Assembly: GCA_965200625.1 (NCBI GenBank)
Contig: OZ241375.1
Span: forward strand, 2,344,078 to 2,408,077
Origin: Dehalococcoidia bacterium
GTDB taxonomy: Bacteria; Chloroflexota; Dehalococcoidia; Bin125
Length of the DNA stretch: 64,000 nucleotides
Direction of reading: 5' to 3'
Made by a program: the position numbers and the translations under genes. Below, piece after piece: positions 41,406 through 50,412 of this stretch (its first letter is position 1; every line of letters starts with the position of its first letter). The notes under the pieces were generated by a model that saw only the letters and a list, made by a program, of their open reading frames with translations, was not told the DNA's origin and made no database searches.

Positions 41406-41570
41406 CCCCCCTCAGTCCCTACGGGACAGCTCCCCCAACGGGGGAGCTCTGGGAGGCTCCCCACCTCCGTCGTTCCTGCGCAAGCAGGAACCCACACCGG
41501 CGGAGGTTCGCGCGCCGTCGTTAGCCTCCCCCCAGTCGCTGCGTGACAGCTTCTCCCCCCTCCGGGAGCA
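41406..41570. repeat. Cluster of REP-like elements from two families
   Basis: ccccctcagtccctacgggacagctcccccaacgggggagct (to 41448), ccgtcgttcctgcgcaagcaggaaccc (41467-41493), degenerate copy at ~41526-41569. Confidence 0.75.
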
Positions 41571-41626
41571 GCGGAAGGGAGGGGAATATACTTGGGACTG
41601 TCTGTGCTGCTGAGGAGGAATGCTTG

Positions 41627-44038
41627 ATGGCGCCGCCGCTGACTGATACTCGTGTGCTGGATCTTTCGACTGGGGCGGTGGGCGGTATTGCGACGATGAT
41701 CCTCGCCGACTTTGGCGCGGAAGTGGTCAAGGTCGAGCCGCCCGGCGGTGATCCCGCCCGCGCGCTCGCCGCCGCGCCGATGTGGCTGCGCGGCAAGCGC
41801 TCGATTGAGCTGGATCCGGCGGCGGAGCGGGCGCGGCTGGAAGACTTGATCCGCGCGGCGGATGTCGTGGTCTCGACGGACTCCCCGAACACGGCGGCGG
41901 AGCGGTGCTTGGCCTACGGCGACATCCGCGCCCTGAACGAGGCGGCGATCTTCTGCTCGATCACCGGCTTCGGCCCGACCGGCCCCTACGCCGAGTATCC
42001 CGCCTACGAGGGCGTCGTCGCCGCGAAGTCAGGGCGGATGCTGTCCTTCAGCGGCCAGCGCCTGCGTGAGGGGCCCGGCTTCGCCGCCGTACCCGTCGGC
42101 TCGCACGGCGCGTCGCAGGGCGCGGTGCAGGGCATCCTCGCGGCGCTGATCGAGCGGCAGCGCTGCGGCGCCGGACAAATCGTCGAAACCTCGCTGCTGC
42201 AAGGCCTGATGCCGTTCGACCTGCTCCTGCTGCTGCTCACCCAACTCTCCGAGCGCGAGCCTGAGACCTACCCGCAGCTCTTCAACATCGGCGGCGGGAT
42301 GCCGACGCTCAACTACCACCCGGTGATGACTCGCGACGGCCGCTGGATCCAGCTCGGCAACCTGCTTGAGCACCTCTTCTACGCCTTCATGGACGCCGCC
42401 GATCTGACCCTGCTCTTCGCCGAGGAACAGTGGCAGGGCGGCCAGGCCGAGTGGACGACCGAGGCGCTGGAGGAAATGCGCGACCGCATCCTCGAGCGGA
42501 TGCAGGAAAAGACCTGCGACGAGTGGATGGACATCTTCCGCGCCCAGGGAAACGTCGCCGCGGAGCCGTTCACGCCCACTCACGACGCCGTCGACAACCT
42601 CGACATGGCCGCCAACGGCGACGTGGTCACGCTCCCCGACCCGGTGCTCGGCCCGGTCAAGCAGCTCGGCCCGATCGCGCATTTACGCGAGACGCCGGCG
42701 GAAATCTCCCGTCCTGCGCCGGAGGTCGGCGAGGCCAACGGATTCTCCTGGCCCTCGCGCAACGGCGCGACGCCGATGCTGGCCGCAGCCAACGGCGCGG
42801 CGCCCGCCGGCAAGCCGCTGGACGGCTTCACCGTGCTCGAATTCGCCACGATCATCGCCACCCCGATCGGCGTCTCGATGCTCGCCGACCTCGGCGCGCG
42901 CGTGATCAAGGTCGAGCCGATCGGCGGCGACCCCTTCCGCGACATGGGCGGCGGCCCGCTGCGCGGCCTGCTCGCCGCCAAGACCAACGCGGCCAAGGAG
43001 TCGATCTGCATCAACCTCAAGTCGCCCGAGGGCCAGGCGATTGTCGCCGACCTGATCGCGCAGGCCGACGCCATCGTCCACAACTACCGCCCCGGCGTCC
43101 CCGAGCGGCTCGGAATCGGCTACGAAACCGCCCGCGCGATCAAGCCCGAGATCGTCTGGGTCTCGGCCAACGGCTATGGCCCCGACGCGCCCGGCGCGCG
43201 CCGACCGTCCGCGCACCCGATTCCCGGCGCGGTGATCGGCGGCGCGCTCTTCCAGGCCGGCTCCGCGATGCCGCCGTCGGGCTGCGAGACTATTGAGGAA
43301 ATCCGCGAGGCCTCGCGCCAGCTGATGCGCGCTAACGAGGCCAACCCGGACCCCAACACCGGCGTGTTGGTCGCCTCCGCGACGCTGCTCGGCCTCTACT
43401 CCCAGCAGCGCTACGGTGTCGGGCAGGACATCTACGTCAACATGCTCGCCGCCAACGCCTACGCCAACAGCGACGACTTCCTCCAGTACGAAGGCAAGCC
43501 CCCGCGCCGCGCGGTGGACGGCGAGCTCTACGGCACCGCGCCCTGGTATCGGCTGTATGAGGCGGCAGACGGCTGGGTTTTTTTCGCTGCGCCTACCTGT
43601 GACGAGTGGACGGCCTTCTGCGACGAGGTCGGCGAGCCGTTCGACGCGCTCAGCGCCGACGACGAGGCGGCCATGACCGCCGCCCTCGCGGCGCTCTTCG
43701 CCCAGGCGCCCGCCGCCGAGTGGGAGCAACGGCTGACCGTCGTCGGCGTCGGCTGCGTCCAGGCCGACGCCGCCAACGCAGGCCAGTTTTTCACCCACGA
43801 TGAGCACGTGCTGGCCAACGATTTCAGCCCCGTCGCCGAGCATCGGCGGCTCGGCCCCGTCCGCCGCTGGGGCCCGCTGACGAAAATGGCCGGAGGCCGC
43901 ACCGACTACGGCCCCGGCGTCCTCGCCGGCCAGGAGACAGACGAAATCCTCACCGAAATCGGCCGCGCCGAGGAGATTGAGCGCCTCCGAACCGAGGGCA
44001 TCGTCTGGTCGGAGGCGGTCGCTCTGTCACCTGATTAG
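41627..44038 (+). CDS. CoA transferase family III (CaiB/BaiF), two fused domains
   Basis: LADFGAEVVKVEPPGGD and LADLGARVIKVEPIGGD, HNYRPGV; GAGGAGG RBS. Confidence 0.92.
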   Translation: MAPPLTDTRVLDLSTGAVGGIATMILADFGAEVVKVEPPGGDPARALAAAPMWLRGKRSIELDPAAERARLEDLIRAADVVVSTDSPNTAAERCLAYGDIRALNEAAIFCSITGFGPTGPYAEYPAYEGVVAAKSGRMLSFSGQRLREGPGFAAVPVGSHGASQGAVQGILAALIERQRCGAGQIVETSLLQGLMPFDLLLLLLTQLSEREPETYPQLFNIGGGMPTLNYHPVMTRDGRWIQLGNLLEHLFYAFMDAADLTLLFAEEQWQGGQAEWTTEALEEMRDRILERMQEKTCDEWMDIFRAQGNVAAEPFTPTHDAVDNLDMAANGDVVTLPDPVLGPVKQLGPIAHLRETPAEISRPAPEVGEANGFSWPSRNGATPMLAAANGAAPAGKPLDGFTVLEFATIIATPIGVSMLADLGARVIKVEPIGGDPFRDMGGGPLRGLLAAKTNAAKESICINLKSPEGQAIVADLIAQADAIVHNYRPGVPERLGIGYETARAIKPEIVWVSANGYGPDAPGARRPSAHPIPGAVIGGALFQAGSAMPPSGCETIEEIREASRQLMRANEANPDPNTGVLVASATLLGLYSQQRYGVGQDIYVNMLAANAYANSDDFLQYEGKPPRRAVDGELYGTAPWYRLYEAADGWVFFAAPTCDEWTAFCDEVGEPFDALSADDEAAMTAALAALFAQAPAAEWEQRLTVVGVGCVQADAANAGQFFTHDEHVLANDFSPVAEHRRLGPVRRWGPLTKMAGGRTDYGPGVLAGQETDEILTEIGRAEEIERLRTEGIVWSEAVALSPD

Positions 44039-44098
44039 CAGGCGGCCGCGCAGGCGCCACTTGACGCTCCCCTGCTCTGGTGGGCTACACTGCCCCCA

Positions 44099-44221
44099 GC
44101 CCTAGACCACCACGAATGGTGGGACGGGCCGGCAGGAGAGTCCGGTGGCGTGGTAGCGCTCCGCACCGTGATTCGAGAATAGGAGAGTCAAAACAGTCTA
44201 GCGCCGGCCTTTCTTTTTTTC
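44099..44221 (+). ncRNA. Candidate structured small RNA, cloverleaf-like, with poly-U end
   Basis: TTGACG and TACACT upstream (19-bp spacing); closing stem ctagac/gtctag; hairpins ccacca-cgaa-tggtgg and ccgg-caggagagt-ccgg; ends tttcttttttt. Confidence 0.5.
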
Positions 44222-44222
44222 T

Positions 44223-44234
44223 GAACTGACGTTC
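44223..44234. promoter_or_regulatory. LexA-type box GAAC-TGAC-GTTC
   Basis: Perfect GAAC-N4-GTTC in AT-rich intergenic DNA. Confidence 0.55.
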
Positions 44235-44435
44235 TACAAAATCGAACTGTTTCTGCTTCTGATTACGTGTATCACCAGTCGATTTTGATCAATCACTGCG
44301 CATCCTCTGTTGTTGCGCGAACCCGTCTCAGCCCACCGATGTCGAGTCTTGGGCTGCGGCGTATCACTCCCTTGGGCGGCAGGCTCGATGTCTGTCGAGA
44401 CTCGGCAGCGATGCCAAGCCAAGAAGGGTTTGACA

Positions 44436-45383
44436 GTGTTGCACGACGACCACAACAGCGCCCGGCGGATCGCTGACACAGACTTCCGCCACATCCAACA
44501 CCACGACACCCTCGTTCAGAAGGGGATGCAGGAATGGACTGCCGGGCCGTCCCGCCTGTACGTCCCTCCTGACCTTCCGGAGAGCGGCGGTTCCGCCCAC
44601 GGCCTATACCTCGACGCCCAGACCCTTGCGAGGCTTGTTCTCGCTGAGGCGGGCCAGCTCGAAGCCCATCGCCTCGTTGAACTCGATGACCTGGATCTGG
44701 CCGTCGAGGAAGAAGAGGCACAGCATCGGAAAGTGCTGGCCGAGAAGGATGCGCAGATCGCCGAGCAGGACAGGGAGATTGGGCGCCAGCGCGATCTCAA
44801 CGAAACCCTTCAGTCCAAGCTCAAGCAGCGGATGAACGGCGCTTCCCCGTCGGATCTGCTTGCGTTCGTGGAACGGCAGAGCTTTGTCCCTGCGGATCTG
44901 CAGCAAGCCGTCAGTTTGGCGGAGGAGTGTCTGGAGGGCGTGGTGATTCACCCGCGCGCCTTCGACCGGCCGCCGAAGAGCAACCAATCCACGTGGCCAG
45001 AGTCGACCTGGAACTTTCTGCAGTTCCTGAACGACTACGCGCTGGATCCGGCCTGGTCAGGCGGAGGGATCTTCGAGTACTCGAAGTCCGGTCGGTCCAA
45101 GCACCATGTGGGTCGCTACGAGCTCGCGATGCAGGAGTCGGAGACCGTGAAGGGCCGCAACCGCACTGGTCCCCACAAAGATGGGAACAAGAGCCGCTGG
45201 TTCCCTGTGGACCGGCAGGTCAACTCTGCCGGCCTCGTCCGGATGGCGGCGCACTTCAAGAAGGGCACGAGGAACGGGAGCCAGATGCTGCGCATCCACT
45301 TCCACGACGACACCAGCGGTCCGACGGGGAAGGTGCACATCGGCTACATCGGCGACCACCTCCACACGGAGAAGACCAACTAG
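44436..45383 (+). CDS. Hypothetical protein: coiled coil plus putative RelE-like C-terminal domain (start uncertain)
   Basis: E/Q/K-rich helical middle; C-terminus MAAHFKKG..LRIHFHDDT..TGKVHIGYIGDHL; AAGAAGGG before GTG 44436. Confidence 0.7.
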   Translation: MLHDDHNSARRIADTDFRHIQHHDTLVQKGMQEWTAGPSRLYVPPDLPESGGSAHGLYLDAQTLARLVLAEAGQLEAHRLVELDDLDLAVEEEEAQHRKVLAEKDAQIAEQDREIGRQRDLNETLQSKLKQRMNGASPSDLLAFVERQSFVPADLQQAVSLAEECLEGVVIHPRAFDRPPKSNQSTWPESTWNFLQFLNDYALDPAWSGGGIFEYSKSGRSKHHVGRYELAMQESETVKGRNRTGPHKDGNKSRWFPVDRQVNSAGLVRMAAHFKKGTRNGSQMLRIHFHDDTSGPTGKVHIGYIGDHLHTEKTN

Positions 45384-45406
45384 CCGCGCCGGCTTCCGGC
45401 CGGGTC

Positions 45407-45440
45407 AGGCGGGCCGCGCTCTTCGGGGTGCGGCCCGCCT
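45407..45440 (+). terminator. 15-bp hairpin with cUUCGg tetraloop after the hypothetical gene
   Basis: aggcgggccgcgctc-ttcg-gggtgcggcccgcct; weak U tract. Confidence 0.65.
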
Positions 45441-45527
45441 TCCCGTTCGGGTTCTAGACTGACCGCCAGCGCGCAGCATTGGCGGCCGGGCGGCGTCTGG
45501 TCGGTGGCGGTCTTGCTGGATTGACGT

Positions 45528-47312
45528 ATGGCCGGTGTGTTCGGCGAGTTGATCACCTGGTTGGTACTCGTCGCCTCCGCCCTGTTCGCTTCCGCTGCGG
45601 GCTCCCCCGCCGGTCCCTATGAGGTCAAGCGCGACCTCGAGGTCTACGCCGGCCCGCAGCTTGACTGGGCCAGCAACGGGACGCTCTACCGCGGCGACAC
45701 AGTGCGCGTGCACGCGCGCACGCACGAGGATTGGCTCGACGTCTCGCGCGGCGCGTTGCGCGGGTGGATTCGCGCGGGGGACGTGTATCTGTCGGGGGAT
45801 GAGCTGTCGCGGATTCCGGAGGCGAGCGCGCCGCCGTTCACGGTCACGACCGCCGCGGCCGCCGTTGCCCGTGACGCGCCAGCCGCATCTGCCGCAACGG
45901 TGTTCGGAGTGTCTGCCGGACAGCCGCTCAACGTCGTCGGACGCAGCGATGATGGTGCGTGGATCGCGGTTGGCCATCCTGAGCCGTCCCAGGACAGTCC
46001 CGCCCGCGCAATCGGCTGGCTGCCGGCGGACGCGGTCACCCCGGACTGGGGGAGGCTGCGCGATCTGCCCTCCTACCTGCCGCGCGGTCTGACGGTGGCG
46101 TCGGTGGTCGGCGCGCGCGGGTCGATTCGTCTCGCCTCCCACGCGTTCTGGGACTCCTGGGCCTGGGACCCACAGACGCCCGCGCTCTGGTTCCACCGCC
46201 TCATCGACGACGGAGCAGACACTGACTGGCCGTCTGACCGGCGGCTCAGCCGAGTGTGGATCCAGAACATCGGGGAAAGGTTCATGACGCAGGTCGATTA
46301 CGACTTGCGCGGCACGGTGCTGCCCGCGCCGGTCGGCGGGTCCGTGCTCGTGCGCGGTTACGGGAGTTATGCGGAACCCGCCGCCCCAGTCGTGATTCTC
46401 GAGCCGGATGGCCGCCGCTATCCGCTCGCCGAGCAGCACGCCTTCATCGCCTCCGATGCCTACCACCCGTTCGCTGGGGACGCCCAGTGGTCGCCGGACG
46501 GGCGCTCCGTCCTGCTCGCTCACCCGCAGACCGGCGGGAACGCATTCGTTGTCTACGACCGCAACGCGCGTCAGCGCCACATTGGCATCGCCTCGCAGGC
46601 GTCATTCGACCCCGACGGCGAATCCATCTACTCCATCAGCGGCGGCGCAGTGCAGCGCTCCAATTTGGCGGGCGAGCGCGACCCGGCCTACCGACCGATC
46701 CCCACCCGCAGCGCAGGTCCGCTGCTGATCACCGCCGACGGGCGGCATCTGGTTTCCCTGACCGGTCGGGACGAGTTGATCGCAACGCTGACCGCGTCCG
46801 ACAGCGCGTTCATCCGCTCGTGGGTCGCGGACGCGCCGCCGTTGGCGTCTCCCGATGGGCTACAGCTGCTGTATCCCCGCGCTGAGCGGCTGTTGCTGCA
46901 GGAAGTGCGCAGCGGAGCGGTGCGGCGGGTCAGCGAGATCACCGCCGACGGCCACTTCTCCTGGTCACCGGACGGACGATGGATCGCCGTGAGCGCCCCC
47001 GACGGGCTCAAGGTGTTCTCGGCGGATGGCGCCGGCCGGGCCGCGCTGATTCTGTCCGACCGACAGTACGGATCCGTACAGTGGTCGCCCGACAGCCGCT
47101 TCCTCGCAGCAATTGTGCCCAACGTGCGCTGGTCGATGGCGGCGCTGTCGTACGACGGTCTGGTGCAGAACTGGATCCACGGCCAATTGCGAATTTACGA
47201 ACGAGACGGCCGCCTGCATCGCATCTGGCGGGTGCTCAGCGGCTGCGATCACCTCGCCTGGTCGCCGGACAGCGCCCTGATCGCCTACGGCGGGCCCGGC
47301 GGCTGCGCCTAA
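45528..47312 (+). CDS. Secreted protein with two SH3b-like domains and WD40/TolB-like repeats
   Basis: Hydrophobic N-terminus; VVGRSDDGAWIAV; repeated WSPDG/WSPDS. Confidence 0.72.
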   Translation: MAGVFGELITWLVLVASALFASAAGSPAGPYEVKRDLEVYAGPQLDWASNGTLYRGDTVRVHARTHEDWLDVSRGALRGWIRAGDVYLSGDELSRIPEASAPPFTVTTAAAAVARDAPAASAATVFGVSAGQPLNVVGRSDDGAWIAVGHPEPSQDSPARAIGWLPADAVTPDWGRLRDLPSYLPRGLTVASVVGARGSIRLASHAFWDSWAWDPQTPALWFHRLIDDGADTDWPSDRRLSRVWIQNIGERFMTQVDYDLRGTVLPAPVGGSVLVRGYGSYAEPAAPVVILEPDGRRYPLAEQHAFIASDAYHPFAGDAQWSPDGRSVLLAHPQTGGNAFVVYDRNARQRHIGIASQASFDPDGESIYSISGGAVQRSNLAGERDPAYRPIPTRSAGPLLITADGRHLVSLTGRDELIATLTASDSAFIRSWVADAPPLASPDGLQLLYPRAERLLLQEVRSGAVRRVSEITADGHFSWSPDGRWIAVSAPDGLKVFSADGAGRAALILSDRQYGSVQWSPDSRFLAAIVPNVRWSMAALSYDGLVQNWIHGQLRIYERDGRLHRIWRVLSGCDHLAWSPDSALIAYGGPGGCA

Positions 47313-47341
47313 ACTGGTGACAGAGTGAACGGGAGCGCACT

Positions 47342-48541
47342 ATGGGACTCAGAGGCGAAGCGGCGATTGTGGGGATTGCGGAGTGGCGGCCAGAACGGCG
47401 GCCGTCCGCGCCGCCGATGTTTACGTTGGAGCAGTGGGCGCAGCTGGCGCGGGAGGCGCTTGCCGACGCGGGCCTCGGTCCGTCCGAAGTCGACGGCATC
47501 TGCTGCACCAACATCCGCGAGTCCGACTCCTTCGTCCCCTCGACGATCACCGAGTATCTGGGGATGCAGGTCAACTTCGCAGAGGTCGTCGACCTCGGCG
47601 GCGCGTCCTGCGCGGCGATGGTCTGGCGCGCCGCGGCCGCAATTGAGCTGGGCGTCGCCAATGTCGTCCTGATCGCCGCGCCCTCGTGGCCCAGTCCGCG
47701 CCCGCCCGTGCCGCCGAGCGGGCCGAGCAGCTGGCGCTACGGCGCGTCCTCGGCCAACTACGGATCGCCCCAGGCCGAGTTCGACATCCCCTACGGCAAC
47801 GTCGCCCAGAACTGCGGCTACGCCCAGATCGCGATGAAGTACGGCGCGGAGTACGGCTACGACGCGGAGGCGCTGGCGAAGATCGCCGTCGACCAGCGCG
47901 TCTCCGCCAACCACAACCCCGACGCCGTCTTCCACCACGTCCCGATCACGGTCGAGGACGTGCTCAACTCGCCGGTGATCTCTGACCCGATCCATATGTT
48001 GGAGATCGTGATGCCCTGCGTCGGCGGCGCGGCGATTGTTGTCGCCGGCAAGGACGCCGCGCGGCGGTCGAAACATCGGCCCGCCTGGGTGACGGGCTTC
48101 GGCGAGCGCGTCCTGCACAAGACGCCGACCTACGCCGAAGACCTGCTCACCACCGCGCTGATCCCGGCCGCCGACGCCGCCTTCAGCATGGCTGGCCGCA
48201 CGCGCGAGGAAGTGGACCTGATCTCGGTCTACGACTGCTACACGATCACCGTCCTGATGACGATCGAGGACGCCGGTTTCTGTCCGCGCGGCGAGGGGCA
48301 GCCGTTCGTGCGCGAACACGACCTCTCGTTCCGCGGCGACTTCCCCTGCAACCCGCACGGCGGACAGCTGGGTTTCGGCCAGGCTGGTCTGGCCGGCGGG
48401 ATGTCACACATCACCGAGGGCGCGCGGCAGCTGATGCGGCGCGCCGGCGACCATCAGGTGCCCGATGCCGATCTCGCCTTTATCACCGGCAACGGCGGCC
48501 TGATGTCCGAGCAGGTCGCGCTGATTCTGGAGGGCGACTAA
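47342..48541 (+). CDS. Thiolase family protein (SCP-x/Ltp-like)
   Basis: AAIVGIAE, DLGGAS, YDCYTITV, NPHGGQL. Confidence 0.9.
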   Translation: MGLRGEAAIVGIAEWRPERRPSAPPMFTLEQWAQLAREALADAGLGPSEVDGICCTNIRESDSFVPSTITEYLGMQVNFAEVVDLGGASCAAMVWRAAAAIELGVANVVLIAAPSWPSPRPPVPPSGPSSWRYGASSANYGSPQAEFDIPYGNVAQNCGYAQIAMKYGAEYGYDAEALAKIAVDQRVSANHNPDAVFHHVPITVEDVLNSPVISDPIHMLEIVMPCVGGAAIVVAGKDAARRSKHRPAWVTGFGERVLHKTPTYAEDLLTTALIPAADAAFSMAGRTREEVDLISVYDCYTITVLMTIEDAGFCPRGEGQPFVREHDLSFRGDFPCNPHGGQLGFGQAGLAGGMSHITEGARQLMRRAGDHQVPDADLAFITGNGGLMSEQVALILEGD

Positions 48542-48948
48542 TGCCGGAGCGCCCGTTGCCCACCCCGATTGCGCGCACGCAGCCCTTCTGGGACGCGCTG
48601 CGCGAGCGCAAGGTCAAAATTCAGTACTCGCCGTCCAGCGACCAGTGGGTTTTCTACCCCCGCTCGCACGCCCCGTTGACCCTGGCTGACGACCTCGAAT
48701 GGCGCGAAATCTCGGGAGAGGGCACGCTCTACACCTACACCATCGCCCGCCGCCCCACCGCGCCCGACTTCGCCGGCGACGAGCCGCAGATCATCGCCGT
48801 GATCGAGTTGGACGAAGGCCCGCGCCTGACCTCGACGCTGGTCAACGCGGCGGAGTCGGAGATTCTCGTGGGGATGCGGGTGCGGCCGGTGTTTGCCGAT
48901 GTACCGAACACGGAGACGACCCTGCTGCGCTATGAACCGGCTCCCTAG
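48541..48948 (+). CDS. DUF35 OB-fold protein, thiolase partner; lacks zinc-ribbon cysteines
   Basis: PFWDAL, FYPR, GTLYTYTI, IELDEGPRL; coupled to thiolase gene. Confidence 0.9.
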   Translation: MPERPLPTPIARTQPFWDALRERKVKIQYSPSSDQWVFYPRSHAPLTLADDLEWREISGEGTLYTYTIARRPTAPDFAGDEPQIIAVIELDEGPRLTSTLVNAAESEILVGMRVRPVFADVPNTETTLLRYEPAP

Positions 48949-50383
48949 CGCCGCCGCCCGAGTCGCGGTGGCGGCGCTCCTCGCCGCTCTGTTCGCCGCG
49001 CTGCTCACCGCCTGCAGCGGCGCGGAACCGCAGCAGAGTCAGCCCCAGGCTGCCTCGCCCGCCGCTGACCAGCAGACCGAAGCGCAACAACAGGTGCAGA
49101 CGACCAGCGCCCAACCCGACCAGCCGCAGCGCCCCGCGTCGAGCGCCGAGCAGCAGCAAGCATCCACCGCCGCGCCCGCTCAAGCGCAAGCCGCCCAGTC
49201 CCGCGCTGATCCACCAGATCAACCAGCGACACAACAGCGGCAGGATCAAGCGCAGCAACCGCAACAGGAACAAGAGGCAGAGCCCGCGCAACAGGGAGCG
49301 GCGACCGCGCCGACTGGCTCAGGCGACGTGGCGCTGGCGGGAGAACCGATTCTCGGCGGCTATCAGTTCCAGCAGCCGATCGAGATGCTGGCTTTGCCGG
49401 ACGGGTCGTTCCTGGTCGCCGAGCAGCGCGGCTACATCACGCGGTTCATTGACAGCGGCGCCGAGATTGAGCAGATCGGCGTCCTCGACCTGACCGAATC
49501 CGTCAACTTCGGCGGCGAGCAGGGGCTGCTCAGCATCGCCCTTGACCCCTACCTGGAGCAGGCGCCCTACCTCTACGTCTACTACTCACCGCGCGGCGCG
49601 AGCGTGACCCGCCTCTCCCGCTTCCGCTTCATTCAGGGCGTCGCCCTCAGCGCGTCGGAGTTGATCATCCTTGAAGTCAGCCAGCCGTACGCCAACCACA
49701 ACGGCGGCGCGGTGCGCTTTGGCCCCGACGGGATGCTCTATCTCGGCCTCGGCGACGGCGGCGCCGCCAACGATCCGCAGGGGCACGGCCAGAACCGCGA
49801 GACGTTGCTGGGCGCAATCATCCGCATTGACGTTCACGACATCGACACGGCCACGACCTACCGCGTCCCGCCCGACAATCCCTTCCTCGGCATCGCCGGC
49901 GTGCGCCCCGAAATCTGGGCGTACGGGCTGCGCAACCCGTGGCGCATGGCGTTCGACCGCGCCACCGGCGACCTCTGGGTCGGCGACGTGGGCCAGAATC
50001 AGCTCGAGGAGGTCGCGATCGTCGCCGCCGGCGAGAATCACGGCTGGAACGTCTTCGAGGGCAGCGCCTGCTTCCGCTCCGCGGAGGCGTGCGAGGCGCT
50101 GCCCGAGGCCGTCGCGCCCATCGCGGAGTACACCCACGCCGACGGCTGCTCGGTGACCGGCGGCGAGGTCTACCGCGGCCGCGCGATGCCCCAGCTGGCT
50201 GGCCGCTACGTCTTCGGCGACTACTGCTCAAGCAGGATCTGGAGCGTCACGGCCGCCGGCGACGTGGTCGAGCATCTTCAGATCCGGGAACGCATCGCCT
50301 CCTTCGCACGGGACGCGGACGGCGAGCTCTACGTCCTCACCTTCAACGGACCGATTCGCAAACTCGTCCCCGCCGCGCGTTAG
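48932..50383 (+). CDS. Glucose/sorbosone dehydrogenase family (PQQ-dependent) lipoprotein with Gln-rich linker
   Basis: LLTAC lipobox, EQGLLSIA, NHNGGAVRFGPDGMLY, YGLRNPWR. Confidence 0.9.
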   Translation: MNRLPSAAARVAVAALLAALFAALLTACSGAEPQQSQPQAASPAADQQTEAQQQVQTTSAQPDQPQRPASSAEQQQASTAAPAQAQAAQSRADPPDQPATQQRQDQAQQPQQEQEAEPAQQGAATAPTGSGDVALAGEPILGGYQFQQPIEMLALPDGSFLVAEQRGYITRFIDSGAEIEQIGVLDLTESVNFGGEQGLLSIALDPYLEQAPYLYVYYSPRGASVTRLSRFRFIQGVALSASELIILEVSQPYANHNGGAVRFGPDGMLYLGLGDGGAANDPQGHGQNRETLLGAIIRIDVHDIDTATTYRVPPDNPFLGIAGVRPEIWAYGLRNPWRMAFDRATGDLWVGDVGQNQLEEVAIVAAGENHGWNVFEGSACFRSAEACEALPEAVAPIAEYTHADGCSVTGGEVYRGRAMPQLAGRYVFGDYCSSRIWSVTAAGDVVEHLQIRERIASFARDADGELYVLTFNGPIRKLVPAAR

Positions 50384-50412
50384 CCTGCATCGACAGGGAA
50401 ACGAGCTGACCG

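Noticed and set aside
44099-44221. tRNA, SRP RNA, 6S RNA or retron ncRNA identity for the structured segment
   Set aside because: No T-loop in tRNA geometry or CCA end, no SRP GGAA/GCAGC domain, too short for 6S, and no reverse transcriptase nearby
44194-45461. 8-bp inverted repeat cagtctag/ctagactg flanking the hypothetical gene as element ends
   Set aside because: Too short to exclude chance; no target-site duplication or transposase seen
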